Shown: positions 40,596 to 51,462, counted from the first letter of the stretch. The stretch: DNA of 64,000 nucleotides from Cenarchaeum sp. (GCA_963693095.2 OY843768.1:608001-672000), one strand, 5' to 3'. The notes: generated by a model not told the origin, from the sequence alone. Translations and numbers: made by a program.

Positions 40596-41115
40596 GCCCC
40601 TGCGCGAGCTCTTTGAGCGCGCCGCGGGGCTAAAGGTGACGCGCCGTAGTGGCTGGGTCGAGAGGCTCGGCCTCGAGTCAGCCGAGTCAGTCGCCGACCA
40701 CACGTACGCGACTGCGTTCATGTCCATGGTCTATGCCGATATCATGGGACTTGACACGTGCAGGGTGGTGCGCATGGCGCTACTCCATGATCTCGCCGAG
40801 TCGATAACCGGGGACATCACTCCGGGCTCGGCTCCTGCAGGCAAAAAAGAGTCTGATGAGCGCGCCGCAATGGACTCGATACTCTTGCTGGTTCCGCAGG
40901 ACGTGCGCGCCTCCTACTCTGAGGCATGGGCAGAGTACCTTGCAGGCGAGTCGCGCGAGTCGCGCCTTGTGAGGCAGGCCGACAAGCTCGAGATGGCAAT
41001 GCAGGCGCGCCGCTATGCGCATACCGGCGACATTGGCCCGTTTATGAAAACGGCGCGCGAGCACGTGAATGACCCCGGCCTCACTCGTATGCTGGACGCC
41101 TGCGAGCGCGGCTAG
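40570..41115 (+). CDS. HD-domain 5'-deoxynucleotidase (YfbR/HDDC2-like)
   Basis: LK...RSGW, ESVADH, ALLHDLAES.TGDITP, ADKLEM..QA; TTG start inferred. Confidence 0.88.
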   Translation: MRETRESTEPLRELFERAAGLKVTRRSGWVERLGLESAESVADHTYATAFMSMVYADIMGLDTCRVVRMALLHDLAESITGDITPGSAPAGKKESDERAAMDSILLLVPQDVRASYSEAWAEYLAGESRESRLVRQADKLEMAMQARRYAHTGDIGPFMKTAREHVNDPGLTRMLDACERG

Positions 41116-41181
41116 GGGCGCGCGCATGTCCGCGCCGGGATAGGTTAATTACGCTAGCGCGTCGGCGCGTCTGCCAGAGAG

Positions 41182-41460
41182 TTGCCCGAATATGCAGTCA
41201 ACGTCACGATCGAGAACCGTCCCGGCATGGCCGATCCCGAGGGCGAGACGATACTGCGGGATCTCGTCCTGAGGGCGTCCTTTGACAGCGTGCGCGAGGT
41301 TCGCACGGCCCGCGTGCTGCGCTTTAGGGTCGATGCCACAGACGCCGGCGATGCCGAGGAGCGCATTGGGCGCATGTGCTCGGAGCTGCGCATATACAAC
41401 CCGCTCGTGAGCCGCGTGACAGTCAAGGCTGACGGTGCGGCCGAGTCCAAGGTTAATTAA
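41182..41460 (+). CDS. purS: FGAM synthase subunit PurS
   Basis: DPEGETI, ..C.EL..YNP; precedes purQ and purL. Confidence 0.92.
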   Translation: MPEYAVNVTIENRPGMADPEGETILRDLVLRASFDSVREVRTARVLRFRVDATDAGDAEERIGRMCSELRIYNPLVSRVTVKADGAAESKVN

Positions 41461-41483
41461 TGCGGGCACTCACGCGCTGCGGC

Positions 41484-42164
41484 GTGCGGGTGGCAATTCT
41501 GGTTTTTCCAGGGAGCAACTGTGATCGCGACGTGCACCATGTCCTCTCTGACGTGCTCGGCTTTGAGGTCGAGCGCGTGTGGCACGAGCGCAGGGTGCCG
41601 GAGCGAACCGACGCCGTCGTGCTGCCGGGGGGCTTTTCGTACGGGGATCGCCTCAGGGCAGGCGCCATAGCGGCACACAGCCCTGCTGTCAGGGATGTCG
41701 CCGAGCTGGCAGGCAGGGGCACCCCAGTCATCGGCATATGCAACGGGTTTCAGATACTCGTAGAGGCCGGACTCCTGCCCGGCGCGCTGCTCCACAACGA
41801 GCGCCTCTCCTTCATGTGCCGCTGGACAAGAATATCCGTCGAGAGCGCCGACACGCCATTCACGAGGCTCTTTTCGGGCGGCGACGAGATTGCGATCCCC
41901 GTGGCAAACGGGGAGGGGAGGTACTATGCCGACGAGGCGACGCTGCGTGAGCTGGAGCGCAACTCACAGGTCGTGTTTCGCTATGCCGAGCACGTCAACG
42001 GCTCGACTGCGAGGATAGCCGGTGTGTGCAGCAGGGAGCGCAACGTTGTTGGCATGATGCCGCACCCCGAGAGGGCGTCTGAGCCCGAGACTGACCGGCA
42101 CACCGGCGGGGCCGCCTCGGCAATATTTCGCTCTCTGCTCGAGCTTGCAGGGGCTGCCGCATGA
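41484..42164 (+). CDS. purQ: FGAM synthase glutaminase PurQ
   Basis: FPGSNCD, PGGFSYGD.LR.G, GICNGFQIL, GMMPHPER. Confidence 0.96.
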   Translation: MRVAILVFPGSNCDRDVHHVLSDVLGFEVERVWHERRVPERTDAVVLPGGFSYGDRLRAGAIAAHSPAVRDVAELAGRGTPVIGICNGFQILVEAGLLPGALLHNERLSFMCRWTRISVESADTPFTRLFSGGDEIAIPVANGEGRYYADEATLRELERNSQVVFRYAEHVNGSTARIAGVCSRERNVVGMMPHPERASEPETDRHTGGAASAIFRSLLELAGAAA

Positions 42165-44332
42165 CCGGACTCTCGGGCCAGGAGATGGCCACGCTGCGGC
42201 AGAGGATTGGGCGCGAGCCTAGCGTGACTGAGGCGAGCATTGTGGCGGCCGAATGGTCAGAGCACTGCTCGTACAAGTCCTCAAAGAACCACCTCTCGAT
42301 GCTTCCGCGCGAGGGTCCACACGCGCTAGCTGATGCGACATACGACTCGGGCGTGCTAGATGTCGGCGACGGGTATGTCGTGACGGTTCACATAGAGAGC
42401 CACAACCACCCGTCAGCCGTGGAGCCGTACGGCGGTGCTGCCACCGGCGTCGGCGGCGTCATACGCGACATACTCTCGGCCGGAACGCGGCCAATCGCGC
42501 TGCTAGACGGGCTGCGCTTTGGCGACATTGGGTCAGACGCGCACGCAAGATGGCTCTTTCGCGGGGCAGTATCGGGCATTGCCGACTATGGCAACTGCAT
42601 CGGCGTCCCGACTGTCGGCGGCGAGGTTGGCTTTGGCGCATGCTATGCCGGATATGCGATCGTCGACGTTGCCGCCGTTGGCTTTGGAAGGCGCGATCGG
42701 CTGATCAAAAACCACGCAGTGCAGGGTGATGCCGTCATGCTAGTCGGCGGCGCGACGGGACGTGATGGAATCGGCGGCTCGCAGTTTGCCTCTGACGCAC
42801 TAGATGGGGAGGATCGCTCGGCGGTCCAGATACCTGACCCGTTCATGGAAAAGCTCGTCATAGAGGCGACGCTTGAGGCGCGTGATGCCGGAATCATCCA
42901 CGCGCTAAAGGATCTCGGTGGCGGCGGACTCTCGTGCGCCACGTCTGAGACTGCCGACTCGCTTGGGGTGGGAATCTCGATCGACGCCAGCAGTGTCCAC
43001 GTGCGCGAGGCCGGACTAGGCGCGCACGAGATAATGACATCCGAGTCGCAGGAGAGGATGATGGTCATAGTCGCGCCAGGCTCCGTGGGGAGGCTAGGCG
43101 AGATATGCGCAAAGTACGGCGTTCCGTGCTCGCAGATTGGGACGGTGAGCAGCGGCGGCGAGCTGCGCGTTGCCCACGAGGGCTCTGAGATTGCGCGCCT
43201 TCCGGCCTCCTTTGTGGCCAACGCGCCACGGCTGGACCGTGAGGCCAGCAAGCCGCCGTACATTGAAGAGCTCGCCGGCCTGCGGGCGCCAGACGCCGGC
43301 GGCGAGCGCGAGCTCTCAGCCGCACTCCTCTCGCTTTTATCCTCGCCGAATATCGCCTCGCGCGAGTGGGTCTATGGCCAGTATGACCACGAGGTCGGCA
43401 TCCGAACCGTGGTGAGGCCTGGCGGGGATGCGGCCCTCCTGCGCCTTGACAACGGCAAGTACCTCTCGATAACGATCGACGGCAACCCCGCCCACTGCTA
43501 TGCGAGCCCGCGCGACGGGGCGACGGGGTGCTTTGAGGAGGCGTGCCGCAACACTGCGTGCGTTGGGGCAAGGCCCATAGGGATGGTTGACCACCTGCAG
43601 TTTGGCAATCCGGAGGATCCCTGCGTGTTCTGGACGTTCCTCGAGTCGCTGCGCGGGATATCAGGACATGCGCGGGACATGGGAATACCGTGCGTTGGGG
43701 GCAAGGTGAGCTTTTACAACGAGACGGCATCCGGCCCAATATGGCCAACGCCGGTAATCGGCGTCGTGGGCCTCGCCGAGCGCATGCCGCCTGCGCGCGG
43801 TGCGGCGGAGGGAGACGCGCTAGTTGCGATCGGACTCACGCGCGATGAGCTTGGCGCCTCCGAGTATGGCCTGCGCGTTCACGGGACGCTTGCGGGCAGC
43901 GTTGCGCGAGTTGACGCCGGCGAGTCGCGCGCCGCAATGGATGCCGTCCTTGCGCTCCACTCTGCGGGCCTGGTCCATGCCGCACACGACTGCTCGCGCG
44001 GGGGCCTTGCGGTGTGCGTTGCCGAGATGTGCATAATGGCCGGCGCAGGCGCTGACGTCTCACTCGATCGCCTGCCTGGTGGTGACGCGATTGGCGACTG
44101 TGCGGCCCTGTACTCGGAGAGCCACTCGAGGTATGTCGTGGCAGTCGATGCAGCAGACGTGCAGCGCACACTTGATGTCGCCTCGTCTGGTGGCGCCGCA
44201 TGTGCGCACGTCGGCTCACTTGGCGGGACGGCCGTTCGCTTTTCACGCCGCGCCTCGACGGCCGCAACAGCCAGTCTCGACGAGGCGGCTAGGGCGTGGA
44301 GGACATCGCTGGAGGTGGCAGCCAATGGTTAA
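42161..44332 (+). CDS. purL: FGAM synthase subunit PurL
   Basis: WSEHCSYKSS, ESHNHPS, GAATGVGG..RD, SESQERM, QYD..V, GG.VSFYN. Confidence 0.97.
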   Translation: MTGLSGQEMATLRQRIGREPSVTEASIVAAEWSEHCSYKSSKNHLSMLPREGPHALADATYDSGVLDVGDGYVVTVHIESHNHPSAVEPYGGAATGVGGVIRDILSAGTRPIALLDGLRFGDIGSDAHARWLFRGAVSGIADYGNCIGVPTVGGEVGFGACYAGYAIVDVAAVGFGRRDRLIKNHAVQGDAVMLVGGATGRDGIGGSQFASDALDGEDRSAVQIPDPFMEKLVIEATLEARDAGIIHALKDLGGGGLSCATSETADSLGVGISIDASSVHVREAGLGAHEIMTSESQERMMVIVAPGSVGRLGEICAKYGVPCSQIGTVSSGGELRVAHEGSEIARLPASFVANAPRLDREASKPPYIEELAGLRAPDAGGERELSAALLSLLSSPNIASREWVYGQYDHEVGIRTVVRPGGDAALLRLDNGKYLSITIDGNPAHCYASPRDGATGCFEEACRNTACVGARPIGMVDHLQFGNPEDPCVFWTFLESLRGISGHARDMGIPCVGGKVSFYNETASGPIWPTPVIGVVGLAERMPPARGAAEGDALVAIGLTRDELGASEYGLRVHGTLAGSVARVDAGESRAAMDAVLALHSAGLVHAAHDCSRGGLAVCVAEMCIMAGAGADVSLDRLPGGDAIGDCAALYSESHSRYVVAVDAADVQRTLDVASSGGAACAHVGSLGGTAVRFSRRASTAATASLDEAARAWRTSLEVAANG

Positions 44333-45761
44333 GGAGAACTGTGGCGTTGTGGGGATATTCGCGCGCGGCGAGGACGACAATGTCGTGCCCATGGCCATAG
44401 ACGCGCTGCGTGCCCTGCAGCACAGGGGACAAGAGGCCTGGGGGATCGCAGTCCCCGGCAAGGCGCCCGTGAAGCGCCTTGGGCTAGTCTCTGCTGCGGC
44501 CGGCGAGTTCGCCGAGATATCCGAGCAGTTCGCCTCGCGCGCAGCCATTGGGCACGTGCGCTACTCGACAGTCGGGCGCAGCAGCCTGGAGAACGCGCAG
44601 CCGCTAAAGGTCGCCGACCTGTGCGTCGCGCACAATGGGACCATATCAAACGCCTCCGAGATGTCCGGCATGGTTGGGGGCTGCACGTTCACGCCGCAGA
44701 CGTCAAGTGACACGCTCGTCGTCGCACAGCGACTCGTCTCGCTAATGTCCGAAAAGTCAGGCCTTGGGCGAGCCCTCTCTGTCCTAAAGGACGAGATGGT
44801 CGGCTCGTACTGCTTTACGTTCCTTGCCGGCGATGACTCGGTGTACGCGGCGCGTGACCCGCGAGGATTTAGGCCGATGGTCATGGGGTCAAAGGATGAC
44901 GGCAGGGTGCGCATGGTCGCCTCCGAGTCAGCAGCGCTTGCGGCGATCGGCGCGTCCCTCGAGCGCGACGTGAGGCCCGGTGAGCTCGTGCACCTGGGTC
45001 CGCAGGGCCTAGAGTCCGAGATGTTCTCCACAGAGATAAAGAGCGCGCACTGCTCATTTGAGTTCACCTACTTTGCGCACCCGTCTAGCACCATGGAGGG
45101 CAAGAGCGTCTATCTTGCGCGCAAGAGCATCGGGGCACACCTCGCAAAAAAGTTCCCGCTCCGAGACGCGGACCTCGTCATACCGGTGCCCGACTCGGCT
45201 AGGCCCGCGGCGCTCGGGTACGCCCAAGAGCTCGGCATCTCCTTTGACGAGGGCCTCATAAAGGACCGCTATAGCAAAAAGGGCCCACTGCGCAGCTTTA
45301 TCGAGCCGCACCAGGACGACAGGATTGAGATAAACCGCTGGATAATCCCGATAAGGCAGATAGTCGAGGGCCGGCACGTCATAGTGATCGATGACAGCCT
45401 TGTTCGCGGGACGAGCTCGCGCGCCATCGTCGGTGCGCTTCGTGACGCCGGTGCGCGCAAAATCAGCATGCTCATCACATATCCGCCGATCATGCACCCG
45501 TGCTATGCGGGAATAGACTTTCCCTCAAGTGCCGAGCTTGCCGCGCACTCGGACGGCCCTGACCAGTCACTAGAGGCCGTGACCGAGAGGGTCAGGCGTG
45601 ACATTGGGGCCGACTTTTTGGGGTACAATGACGCAGAAAACCTCGCGCGCGCCGTGGGGATCGACACGTCATCAATGTGCTTTACGTGCCACACGGGCGA
45701 CTATGGGCCGCTTGGCGTCACGCCCGAGTTCAAGTCGCGCGAGGACCTAAAGGGCGAATAG
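44325..45761 (+). CDS. purF: Amidophosphoribosyltransferase
   Basis: ENCGVVG, LQHRGQE, GHVRYST, HNG, FE..YFA.P, DDSLVRGT, C..C. Confidence 0.97.
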   Translation: MVKENCGVVGIFARGEDDNVVPMAIDALRALQHRGQEAWGIAVPGKAPVKRLGLVSAAAGEFAEISEQFASRAAIGHVRYSTVGRSSLENAQPLKVADLCVAHNGTISNASEMSGMVGGCTFTPQTSSDTLVVAQRLVSLMSEKSGLGRALSVLKDEMVGSYCFTFLAGDDSVYAARDPRGFRPMVMGSKDDGRVRMVASESAALAAIGASLERDVRPGELVHLGPQGLESEMFSTEIKSAHCSFEFTYFAHPSSTMEGKSVYLARKSIGAHLAKKFPLRDADLVIPVPDSARPAALGYAQELGISFDEGLIKDRYSKKGPLRSFIEPHQDDRIEINRWIIPIRQIVEGRHVIVIDDSLVRGTSSRAIVGALRDAGARKISMLITYPPIMHPCYAGIDFPSSAELAAHSDGPDQSLEAVTERVRRDIGADFLGYNDAENLARAVGIDTSSMCFTCHTGDYGPLGVTPEFKSREDLKGE

Positions 45762-45769
45762 CGCGCGCC

Positions 45770-46798
45770 TTAGGTCGTCACGTCATTTAGGCGTGATGAC
45801 GAGTCCGCAAGTCTGATCTCGCGCGCTATGCGCCTCCCCATGCTCATCGGCTCGTCATACAGGAGCGCCGTGTACGGCGAGCCGTTCATGTAGATGTTGG
45901 TCCCGGCCACAATCCTCGCCGAGAACTCAAACGCGGTGAACTTTGCCTCCGCATCATACACGCCCTCGATGCAGAACGGCCCGTTCATGCCGGGCTCGAC
46001 TAGGCGCGCTGACGCCTCCACAAACGACTCGCCCATCTCGTACACTCGCGGGAGGAGCGATTCGCGCAGGACCATTGCACTGTTGGCAATTACGTTAAAC
46101 GAGGGCGTCATCGTCGATGACATCTGTGCGCTGGCCGGAATGCGCGCAAGCCCGTCAATGTCTGACTCGTGCCTCGAGTCCACGCCAAAGAACTCGAGCT
46201 TTTTAGTTAGTGGAGAGTAAAAGTATTGCAGGTATGCGAGGACGCCGGGAATGTACTCTTGAATGTATAGCTCCTCGTCCTTCCCGATCACTCCGGCCTT
46301 TACGAGCTGGCTGCGTTTTTGCTCATAGTCCTGCGGACTCGACGAGATAAAGTATCCCTTGCCGCCTGCCGCACCATGCCTCTTTGCTATGGTCATGCGG
46401 TCAATGTCGCGCGCGTCATCCACTGCGTGCGGTGTCGGCAGCTTTGCCTCGCGCATCAGCTCCTCCTTGAGGCTGCGGTCTGACTCCCACTTTAGGATGT
46501 GGCGGTTGCCGAATATGGGCGCGCGTATGGACTCGATCTCATCCTGTGCCATCTGCGCGACGAGCGTGCCGTGGGGAACCAGGACCGCTTCGCTGGACTT
46601 TAGTGCCGAGGCCGCCGGGCCGTCGCCCAGTATGTCAGAGAACGAGTCGACTGCGATGATCTCGTCAATGAACGAAAAGCGCCGGTAGAGTGACTCGCGT
46701 GACCTCTCGCAGACGAGCACTGAGCGCAGCCCCTCGTCTCGCGCCCCCTTTAGAACCTGGAGCGCACAGTGGGATCCGAGCGTCGCAACTGCGGCCAA
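45770..46798 (-). CDS. purP: FAICAR synthetase PurP (ATP-grasp)
   Basis: TLGSH.ALQ..GA..EG, PHG, GA.GGKGYF, GPFC.E, FE.SARIVAGTN, MSMGRRIAREI. Confidence 0.94.
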   Translation of the reverse strand: MAAVATLGSHCALQVLKGARDEGLRSVLVCERSRESLYRRFSFIDEIIAVDSFSDILGDGPAASALKSSEAVLVPHGTLVAQMAQDEIESIRAPIFGNRHILKWESDRSLKEELMREAKLPTPHAVDDARDIDRMTIAKRHGAAGGKGYFISSSPQDYEQKRSQLVKAGVIGKDEELYIQEYIPGVLAYLQYFYSPLTKKLEFFGVDSRHESDIDGLARIPASAQMSSTMTPSFNVIANSAMVLRESLLPRVYEMGESFVEASARLVEPGMNGPFCIEGVYDAEAKFTAFEFSARIVAGTNIYMNGSPYTALLYDEPMSMGRRIAREIRLADSSSRLNDVTT

Positions 46799-47018
46799 CG
46801 CGCGTTGCGCGCCCCATGTTCATTTATGAACCATGGGCTGTGCGGCTCGCCTGCTGCCGTTCCCGAGACGCGTGGGCGGGGGGCACGCGCTGGACATGGG
46901 GACAGGTGCCCACATGCCTGCCCTGGCGCCCAGGGCGCCTGCGCCATGAGGCTCCCATGGAGCCTCCTGCCGTGCGTGGGCATGAAAAATTAATTACGGT
47001 CGCCCTGCGGGGCTCGCC

Positions 47019-48320
47019 ATGCCAGCTGACACCCTCGGCAAGGAGAGGCGCACGCACTATTCGTCGGATCTCCGGCCCGATATGGCCGGCACGCAGGTGA
47101 CGCTCATGGGGTGGGTCCTGGCCGTGAGGGCACATGGCGCGATATCGTTCCTGACGGTTCGCGACAAGCACGGCAGCGCCCAGGTGGTCGCAAAGTCCGG
47201 AGAGTGCGCAGACGATGTGCGCGAGACCATCTCGTCGCTAAAGCCGCACTCTGTGGTCGGCATAACGGGCACGCTAAAGGAGTCGCCAAAGGCGCCTTCC
47301 GGAGTCGAGCTTGTCCCCGGCGAGATTCGCGTGTATTCGCGGGTTGAAAAGACCGCACCATTTGACCCGATGGCCAAGACGGTAAAGAACATTGACACGC
47401 GCCTGGAGATTCGTGCCGTCGACCTTCGCCGTGGCGTGCTCCAGGATATTTTTAACGCGCGGAGCGCCGCGCTGGGCGCAGTCCGCAAGTATCTCACGGG
47501 AGAGGACTTTGTGGAGGTGAGCACACCAAAGCTCATCAGCACGGCAACGGAAGGCGGCGCGTCGCTGTTCTCGATATTCTACTATCACACGCGCGCGTTT
47601 CTTGCCCAGAGCCCGCAGCTTTACAAGGAACAGCTCACCATGGCGTTTGAAAAGGTGTTTGAGATTGCGCCGATATTCCGCGCAGAGGCATCGCGCACCC
47701 CGCGCCACCTGTCTGAGGCCATATCGATGGATATCGAGGAGGCGTTTGCAGACCAGGACGACATCATGGACAGAGTCGAGCAAATTGTGCGCAGTGCGGC
47801 CACTGCAGTCTCGTCGTATCGCGGAATCGAGGGCGCGATCAGCGTGCCTGACATTCCAGGCACGATTCCGCGCTACACGTACACGGAGATGGTCGAAAAG
47901 CTGCAGGCCGCCGGTGCGCGCACAAAGTGGGGCGAGGACCTCTATCCGGTCGAGCTTCGCAAGGCGGGCATGGAGGGGTTTTACTTTGTGCGTGACTGGC
48001 CACTGGGTCCCAAGCCGTTCTATGTCAAGGCGAGCAGCGACGGCAAGACATCAGAGTCATTTGACCTCATGTTCGGGGATCTCGAGGTCTCCTCGGGCAG
48101 CACGAGGATATCCGAGAGGGCAGAGCTTGAGGCGCGCATGTCGGCCAAGGGCATGGACACGCGCGCATTCGAGTATCACCTGCGCGTCTTTGACTATGGC
48201 ATGCCCCCTCATGCGGGGTGCGGAATTGGCCTCGAGAGGCTAATCATGGCGCTCACCGGAACTCCTGACATAAAGGACGCGACGTTCTACCCGCGCGACG
48301 TGGACAGGCTAACGCCATAG
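47019..48320 (+). CDS. aspS: Aspartate--tRNA(Asp/Asn) ligase, non-discriminating
   Basis: OB-fold with KAP.G.E, TEGGA, LAQSPQLYK, FRAE, PPHAG.GIG.ER; clustered with gatCAB. Confidence 0.96.
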   Translation: MPADTLGKERRTHYSSDLRPDMAGTQVTLMGWVLAVRAHGAISFLTVRDKHGSAQVVAKSGECADDVRETISSLKPHSVVGITGTLKESPKAPSGVELVPGEIRVYSRVEKTAPFDPMAKTVKNIDTRLEIRAVDLRRGVLQDIFNARSAALGAVRKYLTGEDFVEVSTPKLISTATEGGASLFSIFYYHTRAFLAQSPQLYKEQLTMAFEKVFEIAPIFRAEASRTPRHLSEAISMDIEEAFADQDDIMDRVEQIVRSAATAVSSYRGIEGAISVPDIPGTIPRYTYTEMVEKLQAAGARTKWGEDLYPVELRKAGMEGFYFVRDWPLGPKPFYVKASSDGKTSESFDLMFGDLEVSSGSTRISERAELEARMSAKGMDTRAFEYHLRVFDYGMPPHAGCGIGLERLIMALTGTPDIKDATFYPRDVDRLTP

Positions 48321-48329
48321 GTGTGGGAG

Positions 48330-48602
48330 ATGGCCGAGATCACCGAGTCTGAAATTGTGCGCGTGGCGGCCCTCATGAAGATAGATGCCGGCGATGCGGC
48401 CTCGCACGTCCCAAAGATCCAAAAGATGATCGGGTACTTTGAGAGCCTTGACTCGGCCGACATGGGCGATGACGCGCCCAGGGCGCACGTCATCCCGCTT
48501 GACGCCCTTCGTGAGGACAGGCGCGTCGAGTGCCCCGAGGGGCTCATGGGACACCTAAAGGGGGAGGCCGGCGAGCACATTCGTTCGCCAGACCTGAAAT
48601 GA
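48330..48602 (+). CDS. gatC: Amidotransferase subunit C
   Basis: EI.RVA.L..I..YF..LD..LRED..P; lies between aspS and gatA. Confidence 0.82.
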   Translation: MAEITESEIVRVAALMKIDAGDAASHVPKIQKMIGYFESLDSADMGDDAPRAHVIPLDALREDRRVECPEGLMGHLKGEAGEHIRSPDLK

Positions 48603-50056
48603 CTGCGAGGCTGGCCATTGGACTGGCCGAGTATGCCCAGGGCGTGCGGGCCGGCGAGATATCGTGCGAGGAGCACATGGCCGCGACGCTTGAGCGCATT
48701 GAGTCACACGATGCGCTGCTCCACGCGTATGTGTCACTCGATCCGTCTGCCCTTGAGGCGGCCTCGCGCGTGGACAGGGACGTGCGCGCCGGAAGGGACG
48801 TCGGGGCGCTCGCCGGCGCACCCGTTGCCATAAAGGACAACATATGCACGGCCAGTGGGCGCACGACATGCTGCTCATGGATGCTCGAGGGATACAGCTC
48901 GCCGTACGAGGCCACAGTCGTCTCGCGCCTTCGCGGGGCCGGCGGCATCGTCGTGGGCAAGACAAACATGGACGAGTTTGCCATGGGAATCACCACAGAG
49001 TTTGGGGCCTTTGGGCCGAGCCGAAACCCGTGGGACACGGATCGCGTTCCGGGCGGCTCATCGGGGGGAAGCGCCGTGGCCGTGAGCGCACTGGAGTGCA
49101 TGGTTGCGCTCGGCTCTGACACCGGCGGCTCTGTAAGGAATCCCGCAAGCTTTTGCTCCATCGTGGGCTTCAAGCCGACGTACGGGCGCATAAGCCGCCA
49201 TGGGCTAGTCTCGTACGCCAACAGCATAGAGCAGGTCGGCCCCATGGCCCGAAGCGTGCGCGATGTCGCCATGGTGATGAACGCGATATCCGGCATTGAC
49301 GCAATGGATGACACGACACGCAAGACAGGGGACCCCGGAGACCACCTTGCGCACCTTGATGCCGGCGTCGAGGGCATGGCAGTCGGAATTGACACGAGGG
49401 CCGTGGACGAGTCGACTGACGTGGGCCGTGCGGCGCGCCGTGCAGCCGACGAGCTCGAGTCCCTTGGCGCAAGAATGGTCGACGTTCGCCTAGAGCACGA
49501 GAGCCTGTCAGTTGCGGCGTACTATGTGATCACTGCAGCCGAGGCGGGCAGCAACCTTGCGCGTTATGACAACATTCGCTACGGGTACGACATGCCAGTG
49601 GAGGGCTATGAGCATGGCGCGTATGTCACGCGCGCCCGCTCGCGCCTCGGGCCGGAAGTCGAGAGGCGCATGATACTGGGCGGGTTTGTCCCGTCAGCAG
49701 GCCACGCCGGCAAGTACTACCTAAAGGCGATGCGCGCGCGCGACACGCTAGTCGCAGAGGCCGACTCGTCATTCTCCTCGCTTGGAATCTCGTGCATGCT
49801 CTCGCCCACTGTCCCGGTTCCGCCGTTTCGACTGGGTGAAAAGATCGACGACCCCGTCGAGCTCTTTAGGATGGACTCAAACACGGTCATGGCAAACCTG
49901 ACTGGCAGGCCGGCGATATCGGTTCCCTTTGCCATGTGTGACGGGCTTCCGGTGGGGATGCAGCTGGTCGGCAGCATGGGCAATGACGCCGAGCTCTTGG
50001 GGATCGCCAACGCGCTGCACGGGCGCTCTGAGGTCGTGGGGGCGCCAATCCCATGA
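48599..50056 (+). CDS. gatA: Amidotransferase subunit A
   Basis: KDN, GKTNMDEFAMG, PGGSSGGSA, GSDTGGSVR, SNLARYD. Confidence 0.96.
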   Translation: MTARLAIGLAEYAQGVRAGEISCEEHMAATLERIESHDALLHAYVSLDPSALEAASRVDRDVRAGRDVGALAGAPVAIKDNICTASGRTTCCSWMLEGYSSPYEATVVSRLRGAGGIVVGKTNMDEFAMGITTEFGAFGPSRNPWDTDRVPGGSSGGSAVAVSALECMVALGSDTGGSVRNPASFCSIVGFKPTYGRISRHGLVSYANSIEQVGPMARSVRDVAMVMNAISGIDAMDDTTRKTGDPGDHLAHLDAGVEGMAVGIDTRAVDESTDVGRAARRAADELESLGARMVDVRLEHESLSVAAYYVITAAEAGSNLARYDNIRYGYDMPVEGYEHGAYVTRARSRLGPEVERRMILGGFVPSAGHAGKYYLKAMRARDTLVAEADSSFSSLGISCMLSPTVPVPPFRLGEKIDDPVELFRMDSNTVMANLTGRPAISVPFAMCDGLPVGMQLVGSMGNDAELLGIANALHGRSEVVGAPIP

Positions 50057-51462
50057 TTGCCAAGATCGGCCTCGAGATACACTGCCAGCTGACCACGCTG
50101 GAGAGCAAGCTCTTTTGCGGCTGCAGGGCAGACTATCGCAAGATGGCCCCGAACACAAACGTGTGCGCGACGTGCATGGGCCTGCCCGGCACGCTGCCGC
50201 GCCTGAACGGCGAGGCCGTGAGGAGGGCCATGGCCATAGCCGTCTCGCTTGGATGCCGCGTGCCTGACACGCTGTCGTTCTTTCGCAAGAACTACTTTTA
50301 CCCCGACCTGCCAAAGAACTACCAGATAACGCAGCTCGACATACATGGGCCGGCAAGCGTGGGTCACGGCGGCTCGGTGGGCGTCGGATCGCGCACGGTC
50401 ACGATAACTCGCGTGCAGCTAGAGGAGGATCCCGGCAGGATCGTCTACAGTGGGGCCTCAGAGAGGACACAGTCCACGCTAGTCGACTATAACAGGGCCG
50501 GCACTCCACTAGTGGAGATTGTGACAGGTCCAGACCTGCAGAGTGCCCGCGAGGTTCGCGCATTTGTGAACCTGCTCCATGACATGCTCGAAAACCTTGG
50601 GGTGTCTGATGTCTCCCTTGATGGCGCAATGCGCGCGGACGCAAACGTGTCAATAGAGGGGGGCAACAAGGTGGAGATAAAGAATGTCAGCTCGTTCCAT
50701 GACCTCGAGCGCGCCGTCGAGTACGAGATAGCGCGCCAGACCGGAAATGTCGAGCACGGCCTTGAGACACGGCAAGAGACGCGCCAATGGGACGAGCGAA
50801 GGCGCACAACGGTGGCCGCGCGCTCAAAGGAGGCAGACCAGGACTATCGGTATCTCGCCGAGCATGACATACCGTCCATAGACGTCAGTGGCGCAGTTGA
50901 GGAGGTTCGCTCGTCACTGCCTGAGAGCATTGCGTCTAGGAGGCGCAGGTACGCCACAGAGTACGGAATGCAGGCGCAGGTGGCCGAGGTTCTCGCCTCA
51001 CAGCCATACTTTGCGCGCCTGTTCGATGACGCAAGGACGCCGGAGAACTTGCGCGAGCTGGCAAACATCGTGACGACAGACCTCATGGGCCTCCTCGAGA
51101 CGCGCGAAAAGCAGGCCGCCTCGAGGCTCACGCCTGCCGGCCTTGGGGCGCTGGCGCTTGCCATATCGCGCAAGGAGATAACGCGAACCTCGGCAAAGAC
51201 TGCGCTCCAGTCCATGGTTAGCACCGGCGCCACGCTAGGGGAGACTGTCGGCGCCCTTGGCCTTGGCGCAGTCGATGATGCAGGCGAGATTGAGCGTGCG
51301 GTCATCGAGGTGATGGACTCAGAACCCGGTGCCGTGGCCGATGCGCGCAAGTCGCCCAATGCCATCAACTATGTCATGGGCCTCGTCATGAAGAGGTGCG
51401 GCGGCAGGGCGGATCCGGCCGCCGTCAGGGCGCTCATAGAGGCGCGCCTGCGCGACGCCTGA
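50053..51462 (+). CDS. gatB: Amidotransferase subunit B
   Basis: IGLEIH.QL, RKNYFYPDLPK.YQI, DYNRAG.PLVEIVT, R.KE...DYRY. Confidence 0.97.
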   Translation: MIAKIGLEIHCQLTTLESKLFCGCRADYRKMAPNTNVCATCMGLPGTLPRLNGEAVRRAMAIAVSLGCRVPDTLSFFRKNYFYPDLPKNYQITQLDIHGPASVGHGGSVGVGSRTVTITRVQLEEDPGRIVYSGASERTQSTLVDYNRAGTPLVEIVTGPDLQSAREVRAFVNLLHDMLENLGVSDVSLDGAMRADANVSIEGGNKVEIKNVSSFHDLERAVEYEIARQTGNVEHGLETRQETRQWDERRRTTVAARSKEADQDYRYLAEHDIPSIDVSGAVEEVRSSLPESIASRRRRYATEYGMQAQVAEVLASQPYFARLFDDARTPENLRELANIVTTDLMGLLETREKQAASRLTPAGLGALALAISRKEITRTSAKTALQSMVSTGATLGETVGALGLGAVDDAGEIERAVIEVMDSEPGAVADARKSPNAINYVMGLVMKRCGGRADPAAVRALIEARLRDA

